Assembly: GCA_039936115.1 (NCBI GenBank)
Contig: JBDTIZ010000066.1
Span: 1 to 56,162, forward strand
Source: Gammaproteobacteria bacterium
GTDB lineage: Bacteria > Pseudomonadota > Gammaproteobacteria > DSM-16500
Direction: 5' to 3'
Length of the DNA stretch: 56,162 nt
Part shown: piece by piece, positions 10,379 through 20,526 of the stretch
How the letters are laid out: each line of letters starts with the position of its first letter
Position numbering within the stretch: position 1 is the stretch's first letter
Notes under the pieces: generated by a model
The model's database searches: none
The model's input: the letters and a program-made list of their open reading frames with translations, nothing else
Told to the model about the DNA's origin: nothing
Position numbers and translations under genes: made by a program

Positions 10379-10579
10379 TTAAATTCTATTGACCCGATGT
10401 TCAAGCAGCCAGCTATCTAAGTCTTCCCTGAGATACCGTATGCTCCGACCCAATTTTAAAAATTTAGGCCCTTGTGTTCTATTTTCACGGATTCCATTCA
10501 TGCGATCCTGACGTAAAAAGCTTCTGCTCATGTTGATGTATTCTGAGGCTTCTTTTTCTGTGAGAGTTATTTTATGCAT
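10379..10579 (-). CDS. alpA: AlpA-family prophage/island regulatory protein (small HTH, excisionase-like)
   Basis: 66 aa. EASEYINMSRSFLRQDR...GPKFLKLGRSIRYLREDLDSWL is the typical AlpA/Phage_AlpA pattern, and the gene sits close to a tRNA. Confidence 0.75.
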   Translation of the reverse strand: MHKITLTEKEASEYINMSRSFLRQDRMNGIRENRTQGPKFLKLGRSIRYLREDLDSWLLEHRVNRI

Positions 10580-10985
10580 TGTGTTTCTCTAAATAAATTA
10601 TTGTCATCCTCTATCTGCCATAATGTACAGCAATATCCAGTGAGAATTAATTCTCATCATTTGTATAGTGATTGTCAATAAATAAATAGTGGTATTAGAT
10701 GATAAAAAAGCAAGGTGCAAAATGTGCATATTGCTAATTTAACCAAGCTGTCTATGCTTATGGGCGAATACAAAAAATCAACGCTGGCTTAATATTCAGG
10801 CAGAGAGCAAGAAAAAAGATGAGGAGTGTAATAAGAGAGAAGCTGGTTAAGTTCTAAGCTAGTAAAGGAGTTTTCTACACTTAGATTGATTGTACTATTT
10901 GTCTTCATAATCAATCATAATACATAATCTCAGTGTATTAGAGAGAGACGTGCTCCTAGAGATATAGAATCAAAAAAATACAGTT

Positions 10986-11006
10986 GCATTCTATCTATTA
11001 GAATGC
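10986..11006. promoter_or_regulatory. perfect 8-bp inverted repeat upstream of hxsA (possible operator or 5' leader hairpin)
   Basis: GCATTCTA-TCTAT-TAGAATGC lies about 36 bp upstream of the hxsA ATG. Confidence 0.25.
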
Positions 11007-11041
11007 GATCTTATTAGGTATTAATCCAGGATGGATATACT

Positions 11042-11326
11042 ATGACTGACACAAATGGGAAGAAAAGGAAGTTTCTTAAACCGATTGAATTTGCAGTTGC
11101 AGCACTCCTATCGATAGCATTACCTGCGACAGCAGCAACAGTACCAAGTGGGGTTGATGGCCAAGCTAGTAACCCAATTGTAAATCCAGCTCCTCAGGTA
11201 AAACATTCCAAGCAGAAACAGCTTCTAGTTAAACCATCAGATCAAAAGAATAAAGAGCAGCTTGCAGGTCATTACTCTCATTCATCTCATAGCTCGCACT
11301 CTTCACACTACTCAAGTAGTCGGTAA
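11042..11326 (+). CDS. hxsA: His-Xaa-Ser repeat protein HxsA (putative precursor/substrate peptide)
   Basis: The C-terminus is GHYSHSSHSSHSSHSSHYSSSR, six consecutive H-x-S triplets. The N-terminus has a signal-peptide-like segment, FAVAALLSIALPATAAT. The gene is followed directly by the hxsD/B/C-type genes. Confidence 0.85.
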   Translation: MTDTNGKKRKFLKPIEFAVAALLSIALPATAATVPSGVDGQASNPIVNPAPQVKHSKQKQLLVKPSDQKNKEQLAGHYSHSSHSSHSSHYSSSR

Positions 11327-11331
11327 TTGAT

Positions 11332-11676
11332 ATGCCGGTATGTGAAGTTCAGTACATTGAATCTAACAGCGCTGAATCTGTAGATATTTTGATCGATCTT
11401 GGTTTGTATAGCGTTACAGCAGTAAAAAAATCTTGCTATAAGTTCACTGCTGATTGTTCTATCCAGATTAATTCAATTAATCAGAATAAATTGCGATTAA
11501 TTTTAACCTTCCCAATCAGCACTAGTATTGAGGTCAGGAATAAGTTAATTGCTGATTTCCATAATGAACTTTTAGATCAAGACTTAAGAGAGATTATATC
11601 TAAAGAAGCTGAGTCTGTTAGAAATTTAATATTGGCAGAGTCATTTTCAAAAACTTCTATACTAGAATCTGAATAA
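11332..11676 (+). CDS. hxsD: His-Xaa-Ser system protein HxsD
   Basis: Small 114-aa protein 5 nt after hxsA and 1 nt before the first radical SAM gene. Its position and size match the HxsD family (TIGR03976, from memory). Confidence 0.65.
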   Translation: MPVCEVQYIESNSAESVDILIDLGLYSVTAVKKSCYKFTADCSIQINSINQNKLRLILTFPISTSIEVRNKLIADFHNELLDQDLREIISKEAESVRNLILAESFSKTSILESE

Positions 11677-11677
11677 T

Positions 11678-13144
11678 ATGATTGTTGAGAGATCGAAATT
11701 TAAATCATTGAGCAGTTATTATAGTGATGAGGGTGGTTACAAGTTACTTCCCTTTAAATTTATTTCGTTAGATGCCGATAGATATGTGCTGACCAATATG
11801 GTTGGTGAGTATGTAGTTCTATCACGAGATCATATCTTTCGTTTTGTGCATAAAAAATTGTCTCAGCACTCAGATATATATAATTCTTTAAAAGCAAAGC
11901 ATTTTCTATACGATGAAAAATCGGATGTGGCAATTAATTTGCTTGCATTAAAATACCGTACAAAGAAAAGTCGATTATCCAATTTCACTAGTTTGCATAT
12001 TTTTGTTGTTAGTCTCCGATGTGATCATTCATGCCCCTATTGCCAGGTGTCACGACAAAATTTAAAAAGTTCACTTTATAATATGAGTCAAGAAACAGCC
12101 GATAAAGGGTTGGATTTTGCATTTAAAAGCCCCTCATTGAGCATAAAAATAGAATTTCAAGGGGGGGAACCTTTATTAAATTTCGATTTAATTAAATATA
12201 TTGTTCTTGTTGCAGAAGAGCGAAATAGGCTGGCGAAAAAAGAAATTCAATTTGTTATAGCGACTAATCTTGCATTTATTGACGAGGAAATTCTTCTATT
12301 CTGCTATGAGCATAAGATTCAGATATCGACTTCACTTGATGGTCCAGAAGAGTTGCATAATAAAAACAGACCACGACCAGGAAAAAATAGTTACGAACTA
12401 ACAATTAATGGAATTAATAAAGTAAAGCAGGCACTTGGATATGATAACGTGTCTGCATTGATGACAACTACAAAAAATAGTTTGGGGAGAGTAAATGAAA
12501 TCATTGATGAATATATTAAGCAGGGATTTAATTCTATATTCTTACGGCCATTAAGCCCTTATGGTTTTGCTATAAAAACCAAAACGTTCAGTAAATACGA
12601 TACGCAGGCATGGTTAGATTTTTATTTTAAAGGTCTTGAGTATATTCTTGAAATAAATAAGCAGGGATATTATTTTTCTGAACAGTATGCAGCTATCATA
12701 TTAAGTAAGATGTTTAGTCCCGAAGAACCTGGTTATGTCGATTTGCAATCACCAGCGGGTATAGGAATGGCTGCTATCGTATTTAATTATGATGGTGATG
12801 TGTATGCTTCTGATGAAGCTAGAATGCTTGCTGAAATGCATGACAAAACTTTTAAGCTAGGTAATCTACATAAGGATTCATACGAAAATATTATAGGTTC
12901 TGATGTATTGTTAGATACGTTAGAACAAACTATGACAGAGAGTATGCCAGGATGTTCGGATTGCGGATTTCAAGCATTTTGCGGTAGTGACCCTGTGTTT
13001 CATCATGCTACTCAAGGAGATAGGGTGGGGCACAAACCTACGAGTGCTTTCTGTCACAAGAATATGGAGATATTCCGCTATCTTATTCGTTTAATGGAAG
13101 ATAATGCGAATGCAAAATCTATATTGATGAGTTGGGTGAGGTAA
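11678..13144 (+). CDS. hxsB: His-Xaa-Ser system radical SAM/SPASM maturase HxsB
   Basis: CDHSCPYC CxxxCxxC radical SAM motif, GGEPLL SAM-binding motif, and a C-terminal Cys-rich SPASM-like region (CSDCGFQAFCGSDP...AFCHKN). Confidence 0.8.
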   Translation: MIVERSKFKSLSSYYSDEGGYKLLPFKFISLDADRYVLTNMVGEYVVLSRDHIFRFVHKKLSQHSDIYNSLKAKHFLYDEKSDVAINLLALKYRTKKSRLSNFTSLHIFVVSLRCDHSCPYCQVSRQNLKSSLYNMSQETADKGLDFAFKSPSLSIKIEFQGGEPLLNFDLIKYIVLVAEERNRLAKKEIQFVIATNLAFIDEEILLFCYEHKIQISTSLDGPEELHNKNRPRPGKNSYELTINGINKVKQALGYDNVSALMTTTKNSLGRVNEIIDEYIKQGFNSIFLRPLSPYGFAIKTKTFSKYDTQAWLDFYFKGLEYILEINKQGYYFSEQYAAIILSKMFSPEEPGYVDLQSPAGIGMAAIVFNYDGDVYASDEARMLAEMHDKTFKLGNLHKDSYENIIGSDVLLDTLEQTMTESMPGCSDCGFQAFCGSDPVFHHATQGDRVGHKPTSAFCHKNMEIFRYLIRLMEDNANAKSILMSWVR

Positions 13145-13148
13145 TAAC

Positions 13149-14333
13149 ATGCTTAAGTTGTATTCAAAGATCAATCCCATCACGCCTATAGTGATCACAT
13201 CCAAACTCATTGCTAAACTAACAGATAACAAAACTATTCCAATGCCACTTCGTTCAAACTTGATATTTTTAAGCAAAGAAAATCATCCTTCTATTTTGCC
13301 TGAAGGTTTTATTGGGTATTTAACGCATACTTCAGAAGTATTGAATCTACATTTATTGAAGAATGTGTATCATTTACCTAGCGATTTATATTATCTTTCT
13401 TCTGAAGATATTGTATCGATTAATCCTGGTCTTCAAACACTTCGCACACTTTATAGAAGAAATTCGCATCATAACTCATTGCTTGTCACGGAAAATTGTA
13501 ATAATTATTGTTTAATGTGTTCTCAGCCACCGAGAAATATCAATGATAGATATATAGTCAATGAGATTCTAACTATGATTCCCTTAATGAGTAGGGATAC
13601 AAGGGAAGTGGGTATCACTGGCGGGGAGCCTACACTTCTTGGTGATGACCTTATTGCGATATTTAAAAGTTTTAAAAATAACCTACCAAACACAGCATTG
13701 CATGTGCTAACGAACGGTAGAAATTTCGTGGATACTGAGTTTGTTGCTAAAATTGCTTCTATTGAACACCATGATTTGATGTTTGGCATACCGGTTTATT
13801 CTGATGTGTCTAATATTCATGATTATGTAGTGCAAGCTGACAATGCATACAATGAAACTATTAAAGGTATTATTAATTTAAAGTCATTTGGTTTAAGAGT
13901 TGAAATTCGCGTTGTTCTTCATAAACAGACCTATCAGCGACTTCCTAAATTAGCTGAGTTTATTGCTCGCAATTTATTATTTGTTGATCATGTAGCTTTA
14001 ATGGGATTAGAAATGACTGGCTTCACCAAAGCAAATATAAATGATCTCTGGATTGATCCTGTCGATTATCAACTACAGCTTGAAGAGGCTATTGATATTT
14101 TGGCGCGCGCAGGAATAAATGTATCAGTATATAATCATCAGTTATGCTTAATACCCGAAAGCATTTGGCGATACACGAAAAAAAGTATTTCTGATTGGAA
14201 AAATGGATACATGCCAGAATGTGAAGGATGTGAAGTGCGTGCCGAGTGTGGTGGTTTTTTTAGTTCAGCACATTTTAAGTATAGTAGTAATATTAAGCCC
14301 GTAAAAGAACATAATAAGGCAGTCACGTTGTAA
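13149..14333 (+). CDS. hxsC: His-Xaa-Ser system radical SAM maturase HxsC
   Basis: CNNYCLMC CxxxCxxC motif, ITGGEPTL, and a C-terminal Cys cluster PECEGCEVRAECGGFF. It is paired with HxsB. Confidence 0.8.
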   Translation: MLKLYSKINPITPIVITSKLIAKLTDNKTIPMPLRSNLIFLSKENHPSILPEGFIGYLTHTSEVLNLHLLKNVYHLPSDLYYLSSEDIVSINPGLQTLRTLYRRNSHHNSLLVTENCNNYCLMCSQPPRNINDRYIVNEILTMIPLMSRDTREVGITGGEPTLLGDDLIAIFKSFKNNLPNTALHVLTNGRNFVDTEFVAKIASIEHHDLMFGIPVYSDVSNIHDYVVQADNAYNETIKGIINLKSFGLRVEIRVVLHKQTYQRLPKLAEFIARNLLFVDHVALMGLEMTGFTKANINDLWIDPVDYQLQLEEAIDILARAGINVSVYNHQLCLIPESIWRYTKKSISDWKNGYMPECEGCEVRAECGGFFSSAHFKYSSNIKPVKEHNKAVTL

Positions 14334-14383
14334 GCGTTTAAATAGATACGGTGAACGTTTACATTAACAATGTGCTAACCCAA

Positions 14384-16519
14384 TCAAAAAGGCGGCTCTT
14401 TGCCTACAATATCTTTAATCCAGTACATCTCAGGAAAATCTGCTCGCGAATACCCCGTAGATAAGTAAATAGTTCTAAATCCCTTCTCATATAATTCTTT
14501 GGCATAATCCTGTCCTTTCATAACATCATTTAAATCTGAGTCAATAAAAATAGGTGTATCAACATCATATTTATTTAAATCAATTTTAAGAGCGCGGATC
14601 GAATTATATGAAGCAATTGCTTTACCTTTAGAGAGGCCATGCAATTTCCAGGCATCCGTGATGTCTGAGTTATCATCAACAAATATTAAATCAACAGGCT
14701 TAATAGGGTTGTGTTTAGACACAAATATTGGAATGTATACCGCAAAGGTCTTTGGGATAATTTTTAATCCAATCTTCTCACAGCGTTCTCGAACACTTAA
14801 GTCTTCATGACGGCTTGTGACTAAGTAAGACCGATCAGTAATATTCAATTCTTCAATAATACTTAATCCACTCTTGTTAGAACCAATCAGTTCGTAGTCA
14901 ATCAAGAAAATATTTTCACCAAACGATTTATTTTCTCTATACCAAGTTAATAAATCTTGAGGATTATAGTGATTCACAAAATTCAAATAACCATGCTCTT
15001 CTTTGAAGCGCTTTTTCCACACCTGATGAATAGATTCATCATCGTCTAAAATTACGATAGACTCTTTAGGATCAATAATTAATTCAGAAAGAAACCATTT
15101 TGGCGTGCAGGTTTGCGGTAAAGTAATATCAATTGTTGTACCGCTATTAACGGAAGAACGTATCTGGAAGTGTCCGTTCCATTCTTTTTTGATAGTCTTT
15201 ATTGCATTCAGCAAGCCTAGCCCATGACCTTTTACTTTGCTGGAAACGCATTCGCCATTAGTAATTTTCCCAAGTGTATCTGATGATATGCCGCATCCAT
15301 TATCTTGTATTTGAATAGTTAAAACATTTTTCCTATCTAATTTTGATGTACTCAGACGGATTTTAATTTCACTCGATAATGCTTCAATTGAGTTATCAAT
15401 TAAATTGGACAATACCCTATTAAATGCAGAGGCTGATATCATCGAAAATTTACCATAGGCATTTTCTTCTAAGCATATTATTAATTTTGTAGTATCATTT
15501 CTATACTGCACCCGTTTTTCAGATATCAGGCTCATAAGCAGATCAGACAAAAGTTCAGGCTTAATATTTTCAAAGTCATCAGAGGCAGTGTTTTTTTTGC
15601 GTTTATACTGGGTCAATAGATTGTTCGCAATGTCTGTTATACGGTTTGCTGAATTGCGAATCACTATTCGTTGTTCCTCAGGAATGTTTTTAATGTCTTT
15701 AATGATGATATCTAATGCTGTCAAGGGGGAGCGGATATCGTGTGCCACAGCAGCAGCAAGATCAAGTAACGCATTCATTTTTTCAGCTTCTATGCGTTTA
15801 CCATATTCATCTTGTAGATTTAAAAGCAGCCCTTCAAAAGCATCTTTAATTTCAATTAATTCTCTAGGCGCATTCACAATATCAGGTGTTATTGAAGTAT
15901 TTAATATGTGATCTTTCAGCGTCACTAACGGTTTCAATAACCGACGATATAGCATTCTTCTAAATAATATTATCAAAAACAAAAATAAACCAATTAGTAA
16001 TCCAACAAAATAAAATATAATAGGAGAAAATGAAAACCATTTGTAAGTAGTGAAGCTTAATAATGTGCCTGCGTTTTTCTCACCCGCAATTTCATTGGTG
16101 TTTTTTAAAATTGAACAATTAACTAAATATTTTTTACCATCAATATACTTATAAACAATTTCTAGATTTTTACAGTCACTAGTTGATTTATAGGAAGCTG
16201 AAACAAATTTCGAAAAGTGACTCTTTTCATAATCTGACATGATAATAGTGCCGTCATTATCAACTACTACAAATGTTTCTTCCTCTCCGGATGCCATAAA
16301 TAACAGCCGCTTAACTTCAGATAAATCAGAAATTATTAGTGAAGGTGCGATTAACTGAGACAGCATTCTATGAATTCTTTGCAGATTATTCTTTTGTTTT
16401 TCCTGTTCATCATATTTATTAAAATAAAGCCCAGCCGACAGGGTTGCTATTAAGATAGCAAGCCCAGCGATAATAAAAAATCGCTCAATTAGAAAGTGAA
16501 TTTTTGGTTTGCTAGTCAT
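14384..16519 (-). CDS. hybrid sensor histidine kinase (TM sensor, HisKA, HATPase_c and two receiver-like domains)
   Basis: Two TM segments bracket a ~140-aa periplasmic region. The H-box is AAAVAHDIRSPLTAL. The N/G boxes are DNSIEAL, QDNGCGI and GHGLGL. The C-terminal REC-like modules are IVILDDDES...FLIDYEL and LIFVDDNSD...IFIDSDL. Confidence 0.85.
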   Translation of the reverse strand: MTSKPKIHFLIERFFIIAGLAILIATLSAGLYFNKYDEQEKQKNNLQRIHRMLSQLIAPSLIISDLSEVKRLLFMASGEEETFVVVDNDGTIIMSDYEKSHFSKFVSASYKSTSDCKNLEIVYKYIDGKKYLVNCSILKNTNEIAGEKNAGTLLSFTTYKWFSFSPIIFYFVGLLIGLFLFLIILFRRMLYRRLLKPLVTLKDHILNTSITPDIVNAPRELIEIKDAFEGLLLNLQDEYGKRIEAEKMNALLDLAAAVAHDIRSPLTALDIIIKDIKNIPEEQRIVIRNSANRITDIANNLLTQYKRKKNTASDDFENIKPELLSDLLMSLISEKRVQYRNDTTKLIICLEENAYGKFSMISASAFNRVLSNLIDNSIEALSSEIKIRLSTSKLDRKNVLTIQIQDNGCGISSDTLGKITNGECVSSKVKGHGLGLLNAIKTIKKEWNGHFQIRSSVNSGTTIDITLPQTCTPKWFLSELIIDPKESIVILDDDESIHQVWKKRFKEEHGYLNFVNHYNPQDLLTWYRENKSFGENIFLIDYELIGSNKSGLSIIEELNITDRSYLVTSRHEDLSVRERCEKIGLKIIPKTFAVYIPIFVSKHNPIKPVDLIFVDDNSDITDAWKLHGLSKGKAIASYNSIRALKIDLNKYDVDTPIFIDSDLNDVMKGQDYAKELYEKGFRTIYLSTGYSRADFPEMYWIKDIVGKEPPF

Positions 16520-16527
16520 TTTTCATT

Positions 16528-18012
16528 TCACATAGGTTGTCTTGTTATATTGCCGAGATAGTATTGATGAATCGAAATTAATCCTATTCCTGGCGTTCTA
16601 AGAGTTTTTCTCACATAAATTCTTTTTTGAGGGGAAGTAAAAAGAGGTCGAATTATACAGAAATCACCTATCTCTTTTACAATTTTCTGATATTCAGTGG
16701 CTCTGCCTTCAGCGCTCAATATGTCTTGGCTATGTAAAATTTGATTTGAAATAGTCTTATTGTAAATCCCAGAGAAATTACCCTCGTTTTTTTGAAAAAC
16801 GGTTAGATACTCATATCCATCAAGATAATTTGATTTCCACGCAAATAATATAGCATCGCAATTATCATTCAAAAAATCTTTGCCGAACTTTTTGACATCG
16901 CTGATGGGTTTCATAATAACGGTAGGATAGTGTTTTTTAAACATCTTTAAATATTCATTCTTATATTTTTCTTGAATCGATACCGTCAAATAAGACAAGC
17001 AAAAAGGCTGCGGTTTTGCATCTAATTTCCCATTGATCGACTTTCTCGACAGCATAGTCATTTGATCATTAAAATTTTCATTTATATTGTAGCCTAGAAC
17101 GCCTTTAGGCAATAAATCATTGGCTTCTTTCATAGTGTTTCCATAGCTGGCTAATAATCCGTTTATGTCAAGTTCAGATAAAAATTTACAACGCTCGTAT
17201 TTGCTTTTCCATTTCTTACTATTTGAATTCAGGCCGACATAAAATTGGATGGGATCAAACATTTCTAATTCATTAAAATTATCTAATTCTTTTGATGTAC
17301 CAATAACATTTATGCCAACAATATCGTATTTTTCTAGCTCACTAGCATCTATTTGACTAGTTTTGCTTAAAAAGAAGGTTATCGGTAAACCCTGAGAAAC
17401 AGGAGTTAATTTAATATAATTATTATTAAAATCAGCAACTTTATACCCGCCGCATCCAAGTGGGTTTTTCCAGAGGCTCTTATCAGTTTTAGCTTTATCG
17501 AGAAAGTCTTTATTAAATATAGTGTAATTTGTAGAAGATAAAACCTTTAAAAATTGTGGAATAGGTCTTTTAAGCGCAAATGAAATTGTTTTATTATCAA
17601 TAATGTCGATTTTGTCAATCCAAGTAAAAAGGTTATTAAGAATGGTTCTTGATTTTTTAATATAGTTAAAACTTGCGAGTACATCATCTGACGTCACTGG
17701 TGAACCATCATGAAATCTCGCTTTATTGCTTATTTTTAAAATGATTTTTAACGGTGTGATATATCTGATCGATTCCGCAGCATCTAAAACAAATACTGAT
17801 CCTTGGCTGCGAACTAGCTGACAGTTAACTTGCCGCGAAACGATCCAGCTTTGAGAATCTTGTACCCCAGCCGGATCAAGAGAAATCACAGAAGGTTGTA
17901 GAGTCATTCTTAGAGGTTCATTATCTGAATTTGCATTTGTTAAAGTTGGAGTAATAAACAATAAAAATCCAAATAGTATTAAAATATGTTTCATCAAATT
18001 CATTTTTACCAA
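16528..18012 (-). CDS. periplasmic solute-binding protein, family 5 (oligopeptide/dipeptide-binding type), orphan
   Basis: Signal peptide MKHILILFGFLLFITPTLTNA. The length (~494 aa) and N-terminal pattern (LDPAGVQDSQS..., RFHDGSPVTSDDV) fit SBP_bac_5. There are no adjacent ABC permease or ATPase genes. Confidence 0.7.
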   Translation of the reverse strand: MVKMNLMKHILILFGFLLFITPTLTNANSDNEPLRMTLQPSVISLDPAGVQDSQSWIVSRQVNCQLVRSQGSVFVLDAAESIRYITPLKIILKISNKARFHDGSPVTSDDVLASFNYIKKSRTILNNLFTWIDKIDIIDNKTISFALKRPIPQFLKVLSSTNYTIFNKDFLDKAKTDKSLWKNPLGCGGYKVADFNNNYIKLTPVSQGLPITFFLSKTSQIDASELEKYDIVGINVIGTSKELDNFNELEMFDPIQFYVGLNSNSKKWKSKYERCKFLSELDINGLLASYGNTMKEANDLLPKGVLGYNINENFNDQMTMLSRKSINGKLDAKPQPFCLSYLTVSIQEKYKNEYLKMFKKHYPTVIMKPISDVKKFGKDFLNDNCDAILFAWKSNYLDGYEYLTVFQKNEGNFSGIYNKTISNQILHSQDILSAEGRATEYQKIVKEIGDFCIIRPLFTSPQKRIYVRKTLRTPGIGLISIHQYYLGNITRQPM

Positions 18013-20270
18013 TCTATTAATTGAGGGAATTCTATCGGCATCGGTGTAAAGGTGTAATTTTTTGGTGGTGTTTCATCTAGAAGATGTTGCACGAAGTAAT
18101 CCCAGTGACGGCGGTTATAATAAGGATGATCGAAAGTCGAGCTGTGATTTTGATTAGGCATAATCAGCATATCAAAATCTTTATTATGTTTTATCAATGC
18201 ATCCACAAATTGCATTGTGGCACAAGGATGTACGTTGTCATCCATTTCACCATGAATCAGAAGTAATTTTCCTTCTAAATTCGCTGCATGAGCCGCATTG
18301 CTTTGTGTTTCATAAGTCGTGGTATCCATGCTGTTGTATTTCTCACCGTAGCTCGCTGGATAACAGCGTAAATCGTGATTTCCTGCGGCTGCTACACCTA
18401 CTTTGAAAAATTCTGGATACATCAGCATGGCACGAGCTGCTGCAAAAGCACCGCCTGAATATCCCGTGATGCCTACTTTATTCAATTCTATGAAGCTATA
18501 TAGTTCTGCCAGCTGCTTAATAGCTGTAACATGATCTGGAATACCGCAATCACTCATGTTCTTATAGGTCATATCATGAAATGCTTTTGAACGGCCTGGG
18601 GTGCCAAAGCCATCAATATGCAGCACGATAAATCCAAGTTCTGCGATGGCTTGAGCTGTCCATTGGGATCTAAATATAGATCCGTACAAAGTAAAATGCT
18701 CAGAGGTTCTATAAACTTGCGGTCCCGGGTAAATATGATCAATAAGCGGATATTTTTTATCGGGATCAAAGTGAGAAGGAAAATATAAATTTCCATAAAT
18801 AGGCGTTATGCCATCTCTTGCTTTTAAACAGATACGTTTAGGCGGGACCCACTTGAGTTTTGCTAATCCAGAGATATCTGCTGTTTCAAGATGCGAAATT
18901 AATTTCCCATCCATAGTTTTTAAATGACTAACAGGAGCTGTGTCGATAGTGGAGTAGGTATCTAAAAAGCAATGCTTGTCTGGAGAGATATAAATGGAAT
19001 GACTAGCATTTTCTTCTGTCAGGCATTGTATCTCTGACCCATCCAAATGGCAGCGAAATAGTTGCTTATAATAAGGATCAATATCTTTGTTGTAACCAGT
19101 GGCGGTAAAATATAGCCAGTTTGTCTTAGCATCATAAAAATGCACTTCTCTTACGTTCCATTCGCCTTGCGTAATAGCTTTTTTAGCAACATTGCTACCC
19201 ATATCATAGAGGTATAAGTGGGCATTACCACTGCGCTCAGAAAGCCAAATTATTTCTTTGCTATCTTCTAAAGCAATAACTTGATGAGGCCATAAAAAAT
19301 GTTGGCTAGGTTCAATATAGGTATCGGCAGTTTCAGTGATAAGTGTTTCTGTTACGCCTGAATGAGCATCAGCTACACACAGCATCAATTGTTTTGATGA
19401 TCGAGTATCGCGTAAAAAATAAATTTTTTGATTATCGTCACTCCACCAAACCCATTTAAATTCAAGAGGAGTTAAATAAGGTGACAACATTGAATCTGAT
19501 TTTATGGGAGTAATTTTCTGTGTCAAAGTGTCAATTATTAATAATTCTGCCATGGGTAAATTCGCATCGCCTGAAAACGACATACGGTAGTTGTGCAATT
19601 CAGGTCGTTGGCTTCCTTCGGGAGAGTTTTGTAGAAGAAAGAGGAAATCAACATTTCGCTGATCTAACTTGTGTGTAACTATCTTATGGGAATCAGCTGA
19701 CCATAGTGCTACTGGCGGGGTAATAGTGTTTTCAAATTTAAGTCGAATCGTGCGTGTATTCGTTTCGGGTGAAGTAGCATAATCAAGATACCTTTCACCG
19801 TCTTTCGTCAGTTGAAAATCTTGATGACTTACCAAATCATTTAAAACCAGGTTATGTTCTTTAATCGACAAAGCCCAATTTTTATCGGGCGATTTTAAAT
19901 ATTCAGGAGAATTATCTTCTTGTATGCAGGTATTTTTTTCAAAATCATAATACCAATTATTTTTTTGATAAGAAAAATGTAATCGCCTTGGGCTTTCATC
20001 CATTGAAAATATATCCAGAGGTAATTGGATTGGATCAATCTCTTGTTTGAGCTGAGTAGAAAGTAAGTTCAATAATTGTTGATACTCAAATATTTTTTCT
20101 GTGTTACCAGACTTAATATCAATTCTTAGCAATGATTTCCCTGTGGCAGTTTCTTGAAAATAATAAAGTGCTTCAGCAGTCCAATAGGGAAATATTGTGC
20201 TATTAAATACACTATGTTGTAGGTTCCAAGGGAGAAAGCATTCTGCACGCTGGTAAACATGGCTATCCAT
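18006..20270 (-). CDS. S9-family serine peptidase, dipeptidyl-peptidase IV-like (beta-propeller plus alpha/beta hydrolase)
   Basis: GITGYSGGAF nucleophile elbow (GxSxGG), HGEMDDNVH (Asp) and NQNHS (His) form the catalytic triad region. The long N-terminal DPPIV_N-like propeller has no obvious signal peptide. Confidence 0.8.
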   Translation of the reverse strand: MDSHVYQRAECFLPWNLQHSVFNSTIFPYWTAEALYYFQETATGKSLLRIDIKSGNTEKIFEYQQLLNLLSTQLKQEIDPIQLPLDIFSMDESPRRLHFSYQKNNWYYDFEKNTCIQEDNSPEYLKSPDKNWALSIKEHNLVLNDLVSHQDFQLTKDGERYLDYATSPETNTRTIRLKFENTITPPVALWSADSHKIVTHKLDQRNVDFLFLLQNSPEGSQRPELHNYRMSFSGDANLPMAELLIIDTLTQKITPIKSDSMLSPYLTPLEFKWVWWSDDNQKIYFLRDTRSSKQLMLCVADAHSGVTETLITETADTYIEPSQHFLWPHQVIALEDSKEIIWLSERSGNAHLYLYDMGSNVAKKAITQGEWNVREVHFYDAKTNWLYFTATGYNKDIDPYYKQLFRCHLDGSEIQCLTEENASHSIYISPDKHCFLDTYSTIDTAPVSHLKTMDGKLISHLETADISGLAKLKWVPPKRICLKARDGITPIYGNLYFPSHFDPDKKYPLIDHIYPGPQVYRTSEHFTLYGSIFRSQWTAQAIAELGFIVLHIDGFGTPGRSKAFHDMTYKNMSDCGIPDHVTAIKQLAELYSFIELNKVGITGYSGGAFAAARAMLMYPEFFKVGVAAAGNHDLRCYPASYGEKYNSMDTTTYETQSNAAHAANLEGKLLLIHGEMDDNVHPCATMQFVDALIKHNKDFDMLIMPNQNHSSTFDHPYYNRRHWDYFVQHLLDETPPKNYTFTPMPIEFPQLIDW

Positions 20271-20478
20271 TTTATTTTCCTGATTCTCTTGTATTTGTGG
20301 GTTAGATTTAAAGATAAATATTAAGGTATATCAACAATAACTGAAAAACTTCTACAGGAAGCGCTGCACGAAGCTAGCTCCCTTTAAAATAAATAAACGT
20401 CAAATTTTACACAATTATTTAGTGATAGTAAAATTGTAAAAAATATCAATAGATGCAGCTAATTACGGGGCTTTTCAT

Positions 20479-20512
20479 AGGCAGATATAGCATTTGAATG
20501 CTATATCTGCCT
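20479..20512. terminator. strong palindromic hairpin between the response-regulator gene and the peptidase gene (possible terminator/attenuator)
   Basis: AGGCAGATATAGCATT-TG-AATGCTATATCTGCCT has perfect 16-nt arms. It lies immediately downstream of the 20527 stop on the minus strand and has no clear U-tract. Confidence 0.4.
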
Positions 20513-20526
20513 GATAATTTCTTAAT

